From: a bacterium
Lineage (GTDB): Bacteria > SAR324 > XYD2-FULL-50-16
Assembly: GCA_032250835.1 (NCBI GenBank)
Contig: JAVVEA010000001.1
Location: 320,001 to 384,000, forward strand
DNA: 64,000 bases
Direction of reading: 5' to 3'
The translations under genes and the position numbers were made by a program. This document shows, piece by piece, positions 1 to 10,083 of the stretch; positions within the stretch are counted from its first letter, which is position 1, and each line of letters starts with the position of its first letter. The notes under the pieces were generated by a model. That model saw nothing but the letters and a program-made list of their open reading frames with translations, was not told where the DNA came from and searched no databases.

Positions 1-333
1 GGAACTTTGGGGCTAACCGTAGCAATCCATAGCTTGATTGCCGGATATTTTTATTTGGTGGCGCATGCCCTAGGGCTTCAAGGAGCCAGCTTTTTTGACC
101 AAATCCTGATCATGCCCCTAGGACTGATCACCACCGCCCTACCGATCTCCCCCGGAGGCTTGGGGCTGGGCCATGCCGCCTTTGACCAACTTTATCAACT
201 TTTCGGTATGAGCGGCGGTGCCGATGTGTTTAACTTTTATCTGGTCATCCAGCTTTTGGGCTTTGCCCCAGGCGGCCTGATTTATTTACTATTAACCAGA
301 AAGCAGCCTTTGGAGACAAAAGATGTCCTTTGA
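1..333 (+). CDS. Lysylphosphatidylglycerol synthase TM / flippase-like membrane protein, 3' part (runs off window start)
   Basis: Hydrophobic ORF with LPISPGGLG motif typical of the UPF0104/LPG_synthase_TM family; overlaps the next gene. Confidence 0.7.
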   Translation, partial: GTLGLTVAIHSLIAGYFYLVAHALGLQGASFFDQILIMPLGLITTALPISPGGLGLGHAAFDQLYQLFGMSGGADVFNFYLVIQLLGFAPGGLIYLLLTRKQPLETKDVL

Positions 334-1609
334 ACCCAAACTTTCGGTAACCGGCCTCGGGTACGGCGGTTTGCCCTTGGCCATGGTCTTTTCCAAAGCC
401 TGGCCCCTTTGGGGTTTTGATACCGACCAAGCCCGCGTGTTGGCGCTACAAGACGGGCATGACTGGACCGGGCAATACGAAACGATCGACATCTTAGGGG
501 CCCGGATTCACTTTACCTTTGACCCCAAACAACTACGCAGCTGCAACTTCCACCTAATCGCCGTACCGACGCAACTCAACGAGGCCGACCAACCGGACTT
601 AGGCCCCTTGATGCGGGCCTGCCGCACCGTTGGGAGTTTCTTGACCCGCGGCGATATTGTGGTCTTCATCAGTACCGTCAGCCCCGGCACGACCGAAGAA
701 ATTTGTTTGCCTGAGCTAGAAGAGGCCTCAGGTTTGATCGGGGGGGTCGATTTTAAGTTAGGCTATAGCCCCAACCGAATCGATCCGGGACAGCGGCAGA
801 ACACGCTGCTGCACACCCCTAGGCTGATTGCCGCCGAAGATGAGGACACCTTGGATATTATCGAAGAGGTCTTCTCTAGAGCCATCAAAGCCCCTCTGCA
901 CCGAACCGGAACCATTGCCGTCGCCGAAGCGGCCAAAGTCTTGGAAGTCACCCAACTAGACCTCAACCACGCGTTGATGAACGAAATGGCCATCATCTTG
1001 GACCGGATGGATATTTCGGGCCATGAGGTAATCGCCGCCGCCAGCAGCAATCCGGCCTTTAAGAGTTACCTTCCGGGACTGAATTCTGGACGCTACAATG
1101 CCGCCGCGCCTTATTATCTAGCCCAGCGTTCGCTGGCTTTGGGCTATACGCCTCAGGTGATCCAAGCGGGGCGACAAGTCAACGACCACATGAGCCGCTT
1201 TGTCGCCGCTAAGTGTATTAAAGAATTAGTCAAAGCAGGCCAGCGGGTCTTGGGCGCTAGGGTTACGCTGCTGGGCTTAACGCTGGCACCGGGTTCTTCG
1301 GATTTGCGCCACACCAAGCTGAATCGCTTGACCGAAGAGTTAGAAGACTTCGGTTTGGACCTGCAACTGCACGACCCCATCGCCGACCCCAAAGAGGTCA
1401 AAATCCGTCTCGGCAAATCTTCTTGCTCCTTTGAGCAACTAGAACCGGCCAACGCACTGATTTTGATGGTAGCGCATCAAGAGTATAAAGATATTTCGGC
1501 CGACGTTTTATTGGGCCTTTTAGAGCCTAGAGCCGCCGTTATCGACCTGACCGGAACTCTAGATCCTAAGCCGTTAATCGCCAAAGGACACCGCTGCTGG
1601 GGCCTTTAG
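323..1609 (+). CDS. Nucleotide-sugar dehydrogenase homolog (TviB/WbpO-like) with degenerate active site
   Basis: GLGYGGLPLA Rossmann motif, VPT, STVSPGTTEE, AEAAKV, PYYL; the GGHC motif is replaced by SGRY. Confidence 0.85.
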   Translation: MSFEPKLSVTGLGYGGLPLAMVFSKAWPLWGFDTDQARVLALQDGHDWTGQYETIDILGARIHFTFDPKQLRSCNFHLIAVPTQLNEADQPDLGPLMRACRTVGSFLTRGDIVVFISTVSPGTTEEICLPELEEASGLIGGVDFKLGYSPNRIDPGQRQNTLLHTPRLIAAEDEDTLDIIEEVFSRAIKAPLHRTGTIAVAEAAKVLEVTQLDLNHALMNEMAIILDRMDISGHEVIAAASSNPAFKSYLPGLNSGRYNAAAPYYLAQRSLALGYTPQVIQAGRQVNDHMSRFVAAKCIKELVKAGQRVLGARVTLLGLTLAPGSSDLRHTKLNRLTEELEDFGLDLQLHDPIADPKEVKIRLGKSSCSFEQLEPANALILMVAHQEYKDISADVLLGLLEPRAAVIDLTGTLDPKPLIAKGHRCWGL

Positions 1610-1668
1610 CGCTTTCCAAAGGTCTAGTTAGTGGATATACTTAAGCCCGATCCAAAACTAGAGCGCCG

Positions 1669-4014
1669 ATGAATAGGGAAAATAAGTTTTTAATCAAAAG
1701 CCCGGTATACCTGGACTGCCGCCACTTCGACGGTAGTGGCATCGGTACCTACATCGGCAACCTGTTGCGCCATTACAGCCAACTGGACGAACACTACCCA
1801 ATTGAAATTTTAGCTCGCTCTGAGCATATCCCAGGCATCCAAGCCTTCTCTAAGTTCAACGTCCGCCCCTACAACGACCCCATCTATTCGGTGCGAGAGC
1901 AGTTTAAATGGGTCAGCAAGATCGACCCCTTCGGGTTGTTGCATGTTCCCCATTACAACGCCCCGCTCATTTATCCTGGTCAGTTGATCACCACCGTGCA
2001 TGACGTCTGCCACGTCGCCATGCGCCAGTTCTTTCCGGGCTTTTTAAAACGCGTTTATTCGCGGGACTTCTTGCACCTCGTCTTGCGTAAAGCGGACTTT
2101 GTGATCACTGTAAGCGAGTTTTCCAAAGCCGAAATCATCAAATATTTCAATATCCCTGAAGATAAGATTCGGGTGATATACAACGGTGTGGATCCCATTT
2201 TCCGCCCCCTAATCGGTGAAGAAGCCCAAGCCGTATTGCGGCGGCACGGCCTACCCCAAGAGTATCTGCTGTTTATCGGCAACGTAAAGCCCCACAAAAA
2301 CATCAGCGGCTTGGTCACCAGTTATAAAATGGCCTTAGCGGATCAGCCAGACCTCCCCCCCTTGGTGATCCTAGGGCAGTACAAAAACCTGCTGACCGGG
2401 ATTCCCGGCTTGGCTGAGCAGGTATCTGATCCAAGGTTACGCAACAAGATCATCTTCACCGGCTACCTGCCCACCGAAGACCTCCCGGCGATCTATTCGC
2501 AGGCGATGCTGTTCTTGTTCCCTAGTTTTTACGAGGGTTTTGGCTTGCCTACCTTAGAGGCGATGGCCTGCGGCACTCCCGTGATCACCTCCAACTGCGC
2601 CTCGATCCCCGAAGTGGTGGGGGATTCGGCCCTGTTGGTGGACCCATACAACCACGAGATGATGTCCCAGTCGATCTTGGATCTGGCCGGGGACAGCCAG
2701 CTACAATTAAGCTACCGCAAAAAAGGCCTAGAGCATGTAAAAAAATTCAACTGGGAACATTCGGCCCGCGAACACCTCGAGATTTACGCCCAAGCCCAAG
2801 CCCAAGCCAGGGCGCACAAGCTTCCGGCTAAATATCAAGACCGCCGCCCTCGCCCCGAAAATCGGGGGAATATATTGTTTTTAGATCAATACGGGGATCG
2901 GATTGGGGGCGGACAGGTGATTTTGCTGGATATTCTCGAACGCTTCCGGGCGTCTAATAACTGGGATATCCATATTTCGGTGCCTAATGAAGGCAGCTTT
3001 ACCCGAAAGTTAGAAGAAGCCGGCTTTAATTACTGGTGTGTGCCGACCTGGCAGCCCTCTCCTCACAAGGGCCTAGTTTCCGAACTGAGCCGTTACCTGT
3101 TTAGCTCCGTAAAAAGTACCTATCTTCTCAGCAAAAAGATTCGGCGTTATAACATCGACGCCATTTATTGTAACGGGGGGCGGACCTTTCTTTCAGGAAG
3201 CCTACTGTCCCTGTTGTTCCCGCTAAAGGTGTTTTGGCACCTGCACTTGATTTTGGACCGACAGCAAAAGCGCGTGGTCACCTTCTTTGGCCGTTTACCG
3301 AGCGTCAAAGTTATCTTGGCCGTTTCGAAAACCCTCGAAAGCCAATATAAAAATGACTCCATAGCTCCGAAGTTACGCACCGTAGCCAACTGGGTTTCGC
3401 CTCAGCTCTTTGCAACGCCGCGGATTCAGCGCAAGGCTCAGTTAGAACTACCCATGCGGATCGGCGTAGTGGGCCTAATCTGCCGGGCCAAGGGCCAGTG
3501 GACAATCTTAGAGGCGCTCAACGCCTGCCCGGAGATTTTACCGATCCAATTAAAGATTTACGGCGAACCCTTAGTCACCGAAGCCAAGGACTGGAACGAC
3601 TTTGAGGGCCAAATGGGGCAGCTCAAACAAAAGGGTTGGGACGTTGGCTACGCGGGCTTTGAAAACAACACCTTAAAGATCTACGATAACCTAGACATCT
3701 TGGTGGTGCCCAGTATCGTGCCCGAAGCCTTTGGCTTAACGGCTATCGAAGCTATGGCGCGTGAAGTTTTAGTGATTTCAAATCGTTCCGGTGCGCTCAG
3801 CGAAATCATCCAGCACCGCTCGAACGGATTTTTATATCAAGCAGACCGATACTCGGAATTACCCCAACTACTTAAAGACCTAGGCACTGGAAAATACGAA
3901 ATTCCGGCCATCCGCGAAGCTGGCTTGCGGACCGTAGAAGACCTTTATCACCCTGAAGTGCAATTAAACAAATTGCATGATTTGATCCGCAACGAAGTAG
4001 AGGTGACCCCTTAG
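1669..4014 (+). CDS. Tandem two-domain GT4 (GT-B) glycosyltransferase
   Basis: Two EX7E motifs ([15 protein letters not shown] and [14 protein letters not shown]) in a 781-aa protein. Confidence 0.9.
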   Translation: MNRENKFLIKSPVYLDCRHFDGSGIGTYIGNLLRHYSQLDEHYPIEILARSEHIPGIQAFSKFNVRPYNDPIYSVREQFKWVSKIDPFGLLHVPHYNAPLIYPGQLITTVHDVCHVAMRQFFPGFLKRVYSRDFLHLVLRKADFVITVSEFSKAEIIKYFNIPEDKIRVIYNGVDPIFRPLIGEEAQAVLRRHGLPQEYLLFIGNVKPHKNISGLVTSYKMALADQPDLPPLVILGQYKNLLTGIPGLAEQVSDPRLRNKIIFTGYLPTEDLPAIYSQAMLFLFPSFYEGFGLPTLEAMACGTPVITSNCASIPEVVGDSALLVDPYNHEMMSQSILDLAGDSQLQLSYRKKGLEHVKKFNWEHSAREHLEIYAQAQAQARAHKLPAKYQDRRPRPENRGNILFLDQYGDRIGGGQVILLDILERFRASNNWDIHISVPNEGSFTRKLEEAGFNYWCVPTWQPSPHKGLVSELSRYLFSSVKSTYLLSKKIRRYNIDAIYCNGGRTFLSGSLLSLLFPLKVFWHLHLILDRQQKRVVTFFGRLPSVKVILAVSKTLESQYKNDSIAPKLRTVANWVSPQLFATPRIQRKAQLELPMRIGVVGLICRAKGQWTILEALNACPEILPIQLKIYGEPLVTEAKDWNDFEGQMGQLKQKGWDVGYAGFENNTLKIYDNLDILVVPSIVPEAFGLTAIEAMAREVLVISNRSGALSEIIQHRSNGFLYQADRYSELPQLLKDLGTGKYEIPAIREAGLRTVEDLYHPEVQLNKLHDLIRNEVEVTP

Positions 4015-4631
4015 GGGCTTTCGTCCAAAAAGACCAGCAGGTGGCCGCTGCGATAGCGCAACCTGACTTCAGGTTGGCTGACTTGATTGCTGGCACTTAA
4101 CACCCCGGTCGGGTCCAAGGTCGCGTCTTTTAGCCGCCATTTGACGCCCTCTAAATCCAACCCAGAAACTAGGCCGCCCAGGGGCAATAAAGAAAGGCGG
4201 GAGCCAGGCCTAGCTTTAAGCGTAAACCGCCTAGGAGCTAAAAAAATCCGCTCACTGCCTTGGCGGAATTCCAGGCTTAGGTCGGGGTGGCGCAGAAATA
4301 AAAAGAGGTTGTAAAGGCTCATATCGGCGCGACCGCCCAGGCCCCCAAAGATCAGAACCTGCCGGAGTCCCTTTTCTCGTAAATAACTTAAGGCTTTATC
4401 CGCATCGGTATCGTTTTGGTCTTCCAAACGCAACCGCTGGACTTGCGGCAGTCGGGCTGAATCCTGACTATCTAAATCGCCAATCACCAAGTCAGGCACC
4501 AAGCCCAAGGGCTCTAACCAATTAATCGCCCCATCAGCGGCCAAACGGGTAGGCGCGGCGTTCCACAACGGCTCGATCCACTCTAAACTCGGTGGCTCGC
4601 CATTTAAACATAAAATTGCCGCCCCGTTCAT
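4011..4631 (-). CDS. thiN: Thiamine pyrophosphokinase
   Basis: AADGA, GDLDS, DQNDTDADKAL, GGRAD and C-terminal SN motifs. Confidence 0.9.
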   Translation of the reverse strand: MNGAAILCLNGEPPSLEWIEPLWNAAPTRLAADGAINWLEPLGLVPDLVIGDLDSQDSARLPQVQRLRLEDQNDTDADKALSYLREKGLRQVLIFGGLGGRADMSLYNLFLFLRHPDLSLEFRQGSERIFLAPRRFTLKARPGSRLSLLPLGGLVSGLDLEGVKWRLKDATLDPTGVLSASNQVSQPEVRLRYRSGHLLVFLDESP

Positions 4632-5251
4632 CAGAGCCCCCGGTAGATCAACACCTGCACCAAACCAATCAAAAAGCCCAAGACCCCGCCGACATATTCG
4701 ATCATTTTAAATTCGTTCTTTAAAATCGAAAATAATATTTCTTCTAGCTGGCTCACCTCAAAGGCCTCGATCTTATCGCGGATGATTTCCTTGACCTGGA
4801 TCAGGCTTTCGAGGCTTTCGGCAGCGCCTTCCATCAAGTGCGGCAAAAAGGACTCAAATTCCTCCATCAATTTCTTGCGGAGCCCTTCGATCATGGCTTC
4901 GGGCAACAGGGCTAACATGGGGTGCAAACTGGTTAAGCGCTCCGATAAAAAGACATCTAGATGGCGCTCTAAGATGGGGCTTAGTTTGCCCACAAATTCC
5001 GGCGAAGTCAGCTTTTGGTGGATGTCGTCGTGGGAGAAGAGCTTGTCTTCGATGATCGAACCCAGCCGATGGGCCAGTTCGTTTTGGCGGCGGTGGAAGA
5101 TGCCATGCAGGGTAAACAGACCTAAGTTGATCGGTTGTTTGGGGTGGAACAACATCTTGATCGCCACCCAATTGGTCAGCCAACCGATCAAGGCGGCGAC
5201 CAAAGGGATCAAGATCATTTTATAACCTTCCTGCTCGATCAAAAATTCCAT
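4631..5251 (-). CDS. DUF445 family membrane protein
   Basis: IGWLTNWVAIKMLFHP N-terminus and IEYVGGVLGFLIG C-terminus. Confidence 0.85.
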   Translation of the reverse strand: MEFLIEQEGYKMILIPLVAALIGWLTNWVAIKMLFHPKQPINLGLFTLHGIFHRRQNELAHRLGSIIEDKLFSHDDIHQKLTSPEFVGKLSPILERHLDVFLSERLTSLHPMLALLPEAMIEGLRKKLMEEFESFLPHLMEGAAESLESLIQVKEIIRDKIEAFEVSQLEEILFSILKNEFKMIEYVGGVLGFLIGLVQVLIYRGL

Positions 5252-5252
5252 G

Positions 5253-6359
5253 TCAGTTCCGGTAGATGCGCGGCACGCGTTTGGAAATATTGCAACAGAC
5301 TTCGTAGTTGATGGTTCCCATCATCTGGGCCAACTCACTGGCCAAAATTTCTTCTTCCCCCTGACGCCCAATCAAGACCACTTCATCATCTAGAGCTACT
5401 CCCGGTAGGTCCGTCACGTCAACTAAGGTCAGGTCCATACAGACCCGGCCGACCACCGGAGCCCGCTGGCCTCGTATCAAGACCTCGGCCTGATTCGATA
5501 GCAACCGGGAATAACCGTCACCATAGCCCGCGGCGATCACCGCAATCTGGCTGGGGCGCTGGGTAACAAAGGTGCCACCGTAGCTTAAAGGTTGGTGGGC
5601 CTCAAAGTTTTGCAGTTGGGCGACGCGGGTCTTAAAGGACAGGGCCTGGCGTAGGTTCGGAGGGAATCGGAGTTGCTCCGAGGGCATTTGACCATACATG
5701 CCGATGCCGATGCGGAAGAGGTTCCCCCGGTCTTGATTGAATTCGGTGGTCCCCGCCGAGTTGGCCAAATGCAGCCAGCGGGGCATAAAGTGCGCGTCCA
5801 CTCCTTCTTGAGCGGCCCAGAAGCGGTGGATTTGGTCTAGCGTGGCTTCATCTTCGCCTTGATCCGCGCAAGCTAGATGGCTTTCTAACCCCTCAAGGTA
5901 AAGGGGGCTCCAATCTTCGGACAAAAACTCACGCAATTGGCTCGCATTTAACCCTAAACGGCCCATACCCGTGTCGACCTTCAAATGGGCCGGTTGGCGG
6001 TAATGTTGCTTAGCCGCAAAGTCGCGCAGCCGCTTCGCCGCATCCAGGCTATAGAGCGTTGCGCTCAATTGGTACTGTTCGAAGTAAGGCAGGCTCTGGT
6101 CACTAAAGGGCCCAAGGACCAAGATCGGTAGCCTAATCCCCTGTTGGCGCAATTCTACTGCTTCTTCCACCAAAGCCGTACCAATCCACTCGACCCCTTC
6201 TTCTTGGGCGGTGCGGCTGATTTCAAAGGCTCCATGGCCGTACCCATCGGCCTTGACTACCGCCATCAGCGCCCCGTCTGAAGGCAAGGCGGCGCGGTAT
6301 TGGGCCAAGTTGTGGCGGATTGCGCCGAGGTCAATTTCTAGATAGGTATCGCGCAACAT
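5253..6359 (-). CDS. alr: Alanine racemase
   Basis: AVVKADGYGHG (PLP Lys), KVDTGMGRLG, GYGDGY, GRVCMD. Confidence 0.97.
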   Translation of the reverse strand: MLRDTYLEIDLGAIRHNLAQYRAALPSDGALMAVVKADGYGHGAFEISRTAQEEGVEWIGTALVEEAVELRQQGIRLPILVLGPFSDQSLPYFEQYQLSATLYSLDAAKRLRDFAAKQHYRQPAHLKVDTGMGRLGLNASQLREFLSEDWSPLYLEGLESHLACADQGEDEATLDQIHRFWAAQEGVDAHFMPRWLHLANSAGTTEFNQDRGNLFRIGIGMYGQMPSEQLRFPPNLRQALSFKTRVAQLQNFEAHQPLSYGGTFVTQRPSQIAVIAAGYGDGYSRLLSNQAEVLIRGQRAPVVGRVCMDLTLVDVTDLPGVALDDEVVLIGRQGEEEILASELAQMMGTINYEVCCNISKRVPRIYRN

Positions 6360-6364
6360 CGCGT

Positions 6365-6724
6365 TTAATAGCTGCGCGTAAAAAGCACCGCGACCCGCTC
6401 CAAAGCCAAGGGCACCGGGGGGTTGGGTTTAGAGAGGCGGATTTTAGCGGACTTGAGACGCTCAAAGCGGCTCAGGTCATCTAATATCTGTAAAGCGAGG
6501 GTTTCAATCAATTCCACCGGCTCACCGGTGACCCGTTGGGCCACCGCTTGAGCTACTTCACCGTAGTTTAAGACCTGATCCACGGCATCGTTCAAAGGCT
6601 CCCCGGCTTCGGCTTCAAGCCAAAGATCGACGATGAACTCCTGACCCAGGCGGCGTTCCTCGGCGAAGACGCCGTGATAACCGTAAAGGGTCAGGCCTAA
6701 AATTTCGATGCCATAGTGGGCCAT
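6365..6724 (-). CDS. folB: Dihydroneopterin aldolase
   Basis: GYHGVFAEERRLGQEF, NY, LIETLA, KP. Confidence 0.9.
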   Translation of the reverse strand: MAHYGIEILGLTLYGYHGVFAEERRLGQEFIVDLWLEAEAGEPLNDAVDQVLNYGEVAQAVAQRVTGEPVELIETLALQILDDLSRFERLKSAKIRLSKPNPPVPLALERVAVLFTRSY

Positions 6725-6726
6725 GT

Positions 6727-7944
6727 TTAGCCCTGGTTGCGGGCACGATGCAACACGCGGTAGGGCAGCGCATTCAGACGGATAAAGCCGTTGGCGTCTT
6801 GGATGTTATACTTGCCCTGATCCTTCTCCATCGAGGCGATGTCCGCGTCGTATAGGCTATAAGGCGATTTGCGGCCCGTGATGTTCACGTTGCCTTTATA
6901 CAACTCCAAACGTACCTGACCGGTAACTTGAGTCTGGCTTTGGGTGATCAAGCTGCGGATCAACTCCATTTCCGGCGTGAACCAGTAACCGGCATAAGCG
7001 CGCGCCGCGAAACGCGGCATCAGGCTGTCTTTGAGGTCGATCACGTCGCGGGTCAAGGTGATGGACTCAATGGCGCGGTGCGCTGCGAGCAGCACCGTAC
7101 CGCCAGGGGTCTCATAGACTCCGCGGCTTTTCATGCCCACATAGCGGCTTTCCACCATATCCACCCGCCCGACGCCATTGGCTCCGGCAATCTGGTTTAA
7201 TTTCTCTAGCAGTAAAGCGGGGCTAAGGGCCTCACCATTAATCGCCGTAGGCACACCGTCCACGAAGTCCAACAGCAACTCTGTGGATTGATCTGGGGCA
7301 TCCTGAGGCGAAACGGACAGCTCAAACATCTCGTCTAAAGGCTTGGTCCAGGGGTCTTCGAGCATCCCCGCTTCAAAGCTGATATGCAGGAGGTTTTCGT
7401 CGGACGACCAGGGCTGTGACTTGGTGGCCTTAACGGGGATGTTGTGCGCCTGAGCGTACTCAATCAACTCCGCGCGGCCAGGATAAGCCTTATAAAACTT
7501 TTCGATCTTCCAAGGAGCCACAATATGGACATCAGGCATCAAGGAAAGGTAGCCTACCTCAAAACGGACTTGATCGTTGCCTTTGCCGGTTGCGCCGTGG
7601 CCCACGGCGGTAGCACCAAAGCGTTGGGCCGCTTCGATCTGTTTTTTGACGATCAACGGGCGCGCCAAGCTGGTGCCTAACAGATAGACCCCTTCATAGA
7701 CCGCGTTGATCTGGATCGAAGGCAATACGTAGTCTTTAACAAACTCTTCGGAAACATCTTCCACGATCACTTCACTGGCCCCGGCGGAGAGGCCCTTTTT
7801 GCGGATTTCTTCTAAGTCTTCGACCTTCTGGCCGAGATCGAGACACAAAGCAATCACATCGTACCCCTCGTCGGCCAGCCAGCGAACGATTACCGAGGTA
7901 TCGAGGCCGCCCGAATAGGCGAGTACCAGTTTTTCCTTACTCAT
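6727..7944 (-). CDS. argG: Argininosuccinate synthase
   Basis: LAYSGGLDTS, HGATGKGNDQVRFE, KSRGVYETPG. Confidence 0.98.
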   Translation of the reverse strand: MSKEKLVLAYSGGLDTSVIVRWLADEGYDVIALCLDLGQKVEDLEEIRKKGLSAGASEVIVEDVSEEFVKDYVLPSIQINAVYEGVYLLGTSLARPLIVKKQIEAAQRFGATAVGHGATGKGNDQVRFEVGYLSLMPDVHIVAPWKIEKFYKAYPGRAELIEYAQAHNIPVKATKSQPWSSDENLLHISFEAGMLEDPWTKPLDEMFELSVSPQDAPDQSTELLLDFVDGVPTAINGEALSPALLLEKLNQIAGANGVGRVDMVESRYVGMKSRGVYETPGGTVLLAAHRAIESITLTRDVIDLKDSLMPRFAARAYAGYWFTPEMELIRSLITQSQTQVTGQVRLELYKGNVNITGRKSPYSLYDADIASMEKDQGKYNIQDANGFIRLNALPYRVLHRARNQG

Positions 7945-7966
7945 GGATAAAATAGGGGTCAGGGGT

Positions 7967-8938
7967 TCAATCGATGGGCTTCAATTTGCGGACTTTGTCG
8001 AGAAATTCCGCAGCAAAACTTGGGCTAGGCGCTTGGCTCTCACTTTGAGGCGCTAAAGCGGCAGCCCGACTCTGTCGATATTCTTCCCTTAATTGGGCAA
8101 AGTCAATGGAATCTTGGCCCGCTGGGCCGCGGTTGCCCATGAACTGGCCAAAGTCCTGTTTGTCCACCTGGGCGATCACCCCGATCTGGGTCGGCGTAAC
8201 GCCACAAGCAAAGGCCATATCGTTGACCTCTAAAACAACCACACGTTGCTTGGGACTTAAGAAGAAACTAGAAGCCAGGTTGATCTTATATTTGCCGCGC
8301 CTAAAAGACATCTTGCGCAGCACAAAGCGATTATAGGCCCAAAGGCCTGTGTAGATCAGGGCCAAGATAAAGGCCAGAGCAGCCAACGTTTGGATCAGCG
8401 TTCCCATCCCCATTCCTTCAAATTTGGGGGCTGGGGCCTGGGCCGAAACATCGCCACTGGCATCAGCATGGACCTGAGGCGCGGTCACTGGACCGGCGAT
8501 CAACTCTGGGGCCGGTTGGTGTTTAAAGAGCTTAAAGGTTAGCTGCTCAAAGGAGGCTTCATGAGTTACCTTTCCGGCCGCTGAAAAAGCGGGATCGGCG
8601 TAGCGCACCTCTAAGATGCTGTTGCGGCCTTCGCGCCGCAAGCGCACTTGTTGTACAAAGGGATTGTTAACCCGCAGGTTAGCTAAAGAGGGGTCAAACT
8701 GACTATCGGGCAAAATCGCCGAGAAGACGCCTGGATCAAAGAGATAGCTGATCGACTGGCTGTAGTCGCCCTTAAATACAAGGCTAAGCTGTTGGGATTC
8801 TTCGCCTAGTTCTTCATGTAGCTTAACGATATTGGCCAAGGGCTCGGGCTTTTTTTCTTCTTCTAAAGGATCGGCTGCCAGAGCTATCCCGGTCAGGGAA
8901 AGTAAGATCAAACCGAACCACAGGCATCTACGGATCAT
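7967..8938 (-). CDS. fliO: Flagellar biosynthesis protein FliO with large N-terminal periplasmic domain
   Basis: Signal peptide, TM helix, LSPKQRVVVLEV...GVT FliO motif; follows fliN. Confidence 0.75.
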   Translation of the reverse strand: MIRRCLWFGLILLSLTGIALAADPLEEEKKPEPLANIVKLHEELGEESQQLSLVFKGDYSQSISYLFDPGVFSAILPDSQFDPSLANLRVNNPFVQQVRLRREGRNSILEVRYADPAFSAAGKVTHEASFEQLTFKLFKHQPAPELIAGPVTAPQVHADASGDVSAQAPAPKFEGMGMGTLIQTLAALAFILALIYTGLWAYNRFVLRKMSFRRGKYKINLASSFFLSPKQRVVVLEVNDMAFACGVTPTQIGVIAQVDKQDFGQFMGNRGPAGQDSIDFAQLREEYRQSRAAALAPQSESQAPSPSFAAEFLDKVRKLKPID

Positions 8939-9381
8939 CCCTTCAAACTCGCCAAGCGCTGCTCTTTATTCATGATGTCGGTGATCTTCAAGGCAAATTT
9001 TTCGTGCTGGATCACGATCTCGCCCTGAGCGACCCGTTTTTCGTTGATCAATATATCCATCGGCTCGCCCACGTTTTTGGCCAGTTCCACAATCGAACCT
9101 AAGTCCAACTTGAGCAAGTCCTTGATCAGCATCCGCGTTTTGCCTACCTCGACCCGCAGGGTTAAGGGGATGTCCATCAAGAAGTCGACCGAAACCTCGC
9201 CCTCTTCGTGGACTTCCTCGCCGCCGTGCAACTCGGCGGGTAAACCGCCAAAATCATCCCCGCCGCCGGAGGCCTCGGATTTGATCATCTCGCGGTTTTG
9301 CTGGAGTTCCGCCTCTACGTCGGACCAATCAATTTCGTCCGACTCCTCCATGTTGGAGAAATCCAGTTCGCCATCAGCCAT
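8935..9381 (-). CDS. fliN: Flagellar motor switch protein FliN
   Basis: SpoA domain: LMDIPLTLRVEVG, GSIVEL, GEPMDILIN, AQGEIV. Confidence 0.92.
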   Translation of the reverse strand: MADGELDFSNMEESDEIDWSDVEAELQQNREMIKSEASGGGDDFGGLPAELHGGEEVHEEGEVSVDFLMDIPLTLRVEVGKTRMLIKDLLKLDLGSIVELAKNVGEPMDILINEKRVAQGEIVIQHEKFALKITDIMNKEQRLASLKG

Positions 9382-9393
9382 GGGGGCCTCCTG

Positions 9394-9948
9394 TTAGTTG
9401 AGGATGAACTCAGTGATCAAGATTTTCTTCACTGGGGTCCGGTCTTTGGTCTCCGAAGATTCCACAAATTCCTGGGTGAAGATGCTGTTGACCTTTTTAT
9501 AGAGTTCCCGTTTGACCAACTCGGTGCCCGCACGGGTGCGCAAGTCTTCGGTGGTCAGGTTTTGCAAAAATGAAATCACCATGTCGTCGATCAAATACTC
9601 CCGACTGGCCAAAAAGCCCAAAGCCATGGGGTCTTCTAGAGCAGCGACCAGTTTAATCGACAAAAAGTGCTTCCCATCGCGCAGGTTCACCGTATATTTA
9701 CGCGGCGGCGTAAAGACCGGGTTGGTCAATTTAACCACCTCACTAGCCGAGGAAGCGGCAATTTCTTCTTCTAATTTGGATTGGGGTGCGCCCGCACCTT
9801 GGGGAACGGCTTCGTCTTCGGGGGTGCCGCCTAAAAACATAAAGGCCCCGACACCAACACCCGCCAACAGCAAGAGAACCACCACCAGGATCAAGACGAG
9901 TTTCTTTTTCCCTCCGCCGCCGGATTCCTCAATTTCTTCGTCTGCCAT
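9394..9948 (-). CDS. fliL: Flagellar basal body-associated protein FliL
   Basis: KKKL plus TM helix, YTVNLRDG..F, DLRT..G..LKREL..VN, ILITEFI. Confidence 0.88.
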   Translation of the reverse strand: MADEEIEESGGGGKKKLVLILVVVLLLLAGVGVGAFMFLGGTPEDEAVPQGAGAPQSKLEEEIAASSASEVVKLTNPVFTPPRKYTVNLRDGKHFLSIKLVAALEDPMALGFLASREYLIDDMVISFLQNLTTEDLRTRAGTELVKRELYKKVNSIFTQEFVESSETKDRTPVKKILITEFILN

Positions 9949-10083
9949 CTCACTCCCTTACGAAATGGGCGCGTGCGCCCGGTATGTCTGTCGTTGTTAT
10001 GCCTAAGATGATAGCCCAACCTTGGCCCTATTAAAAGGGGCAAAGGGGCCGTAACGGCATTAATGCAAATGCAGGGCCTACAA

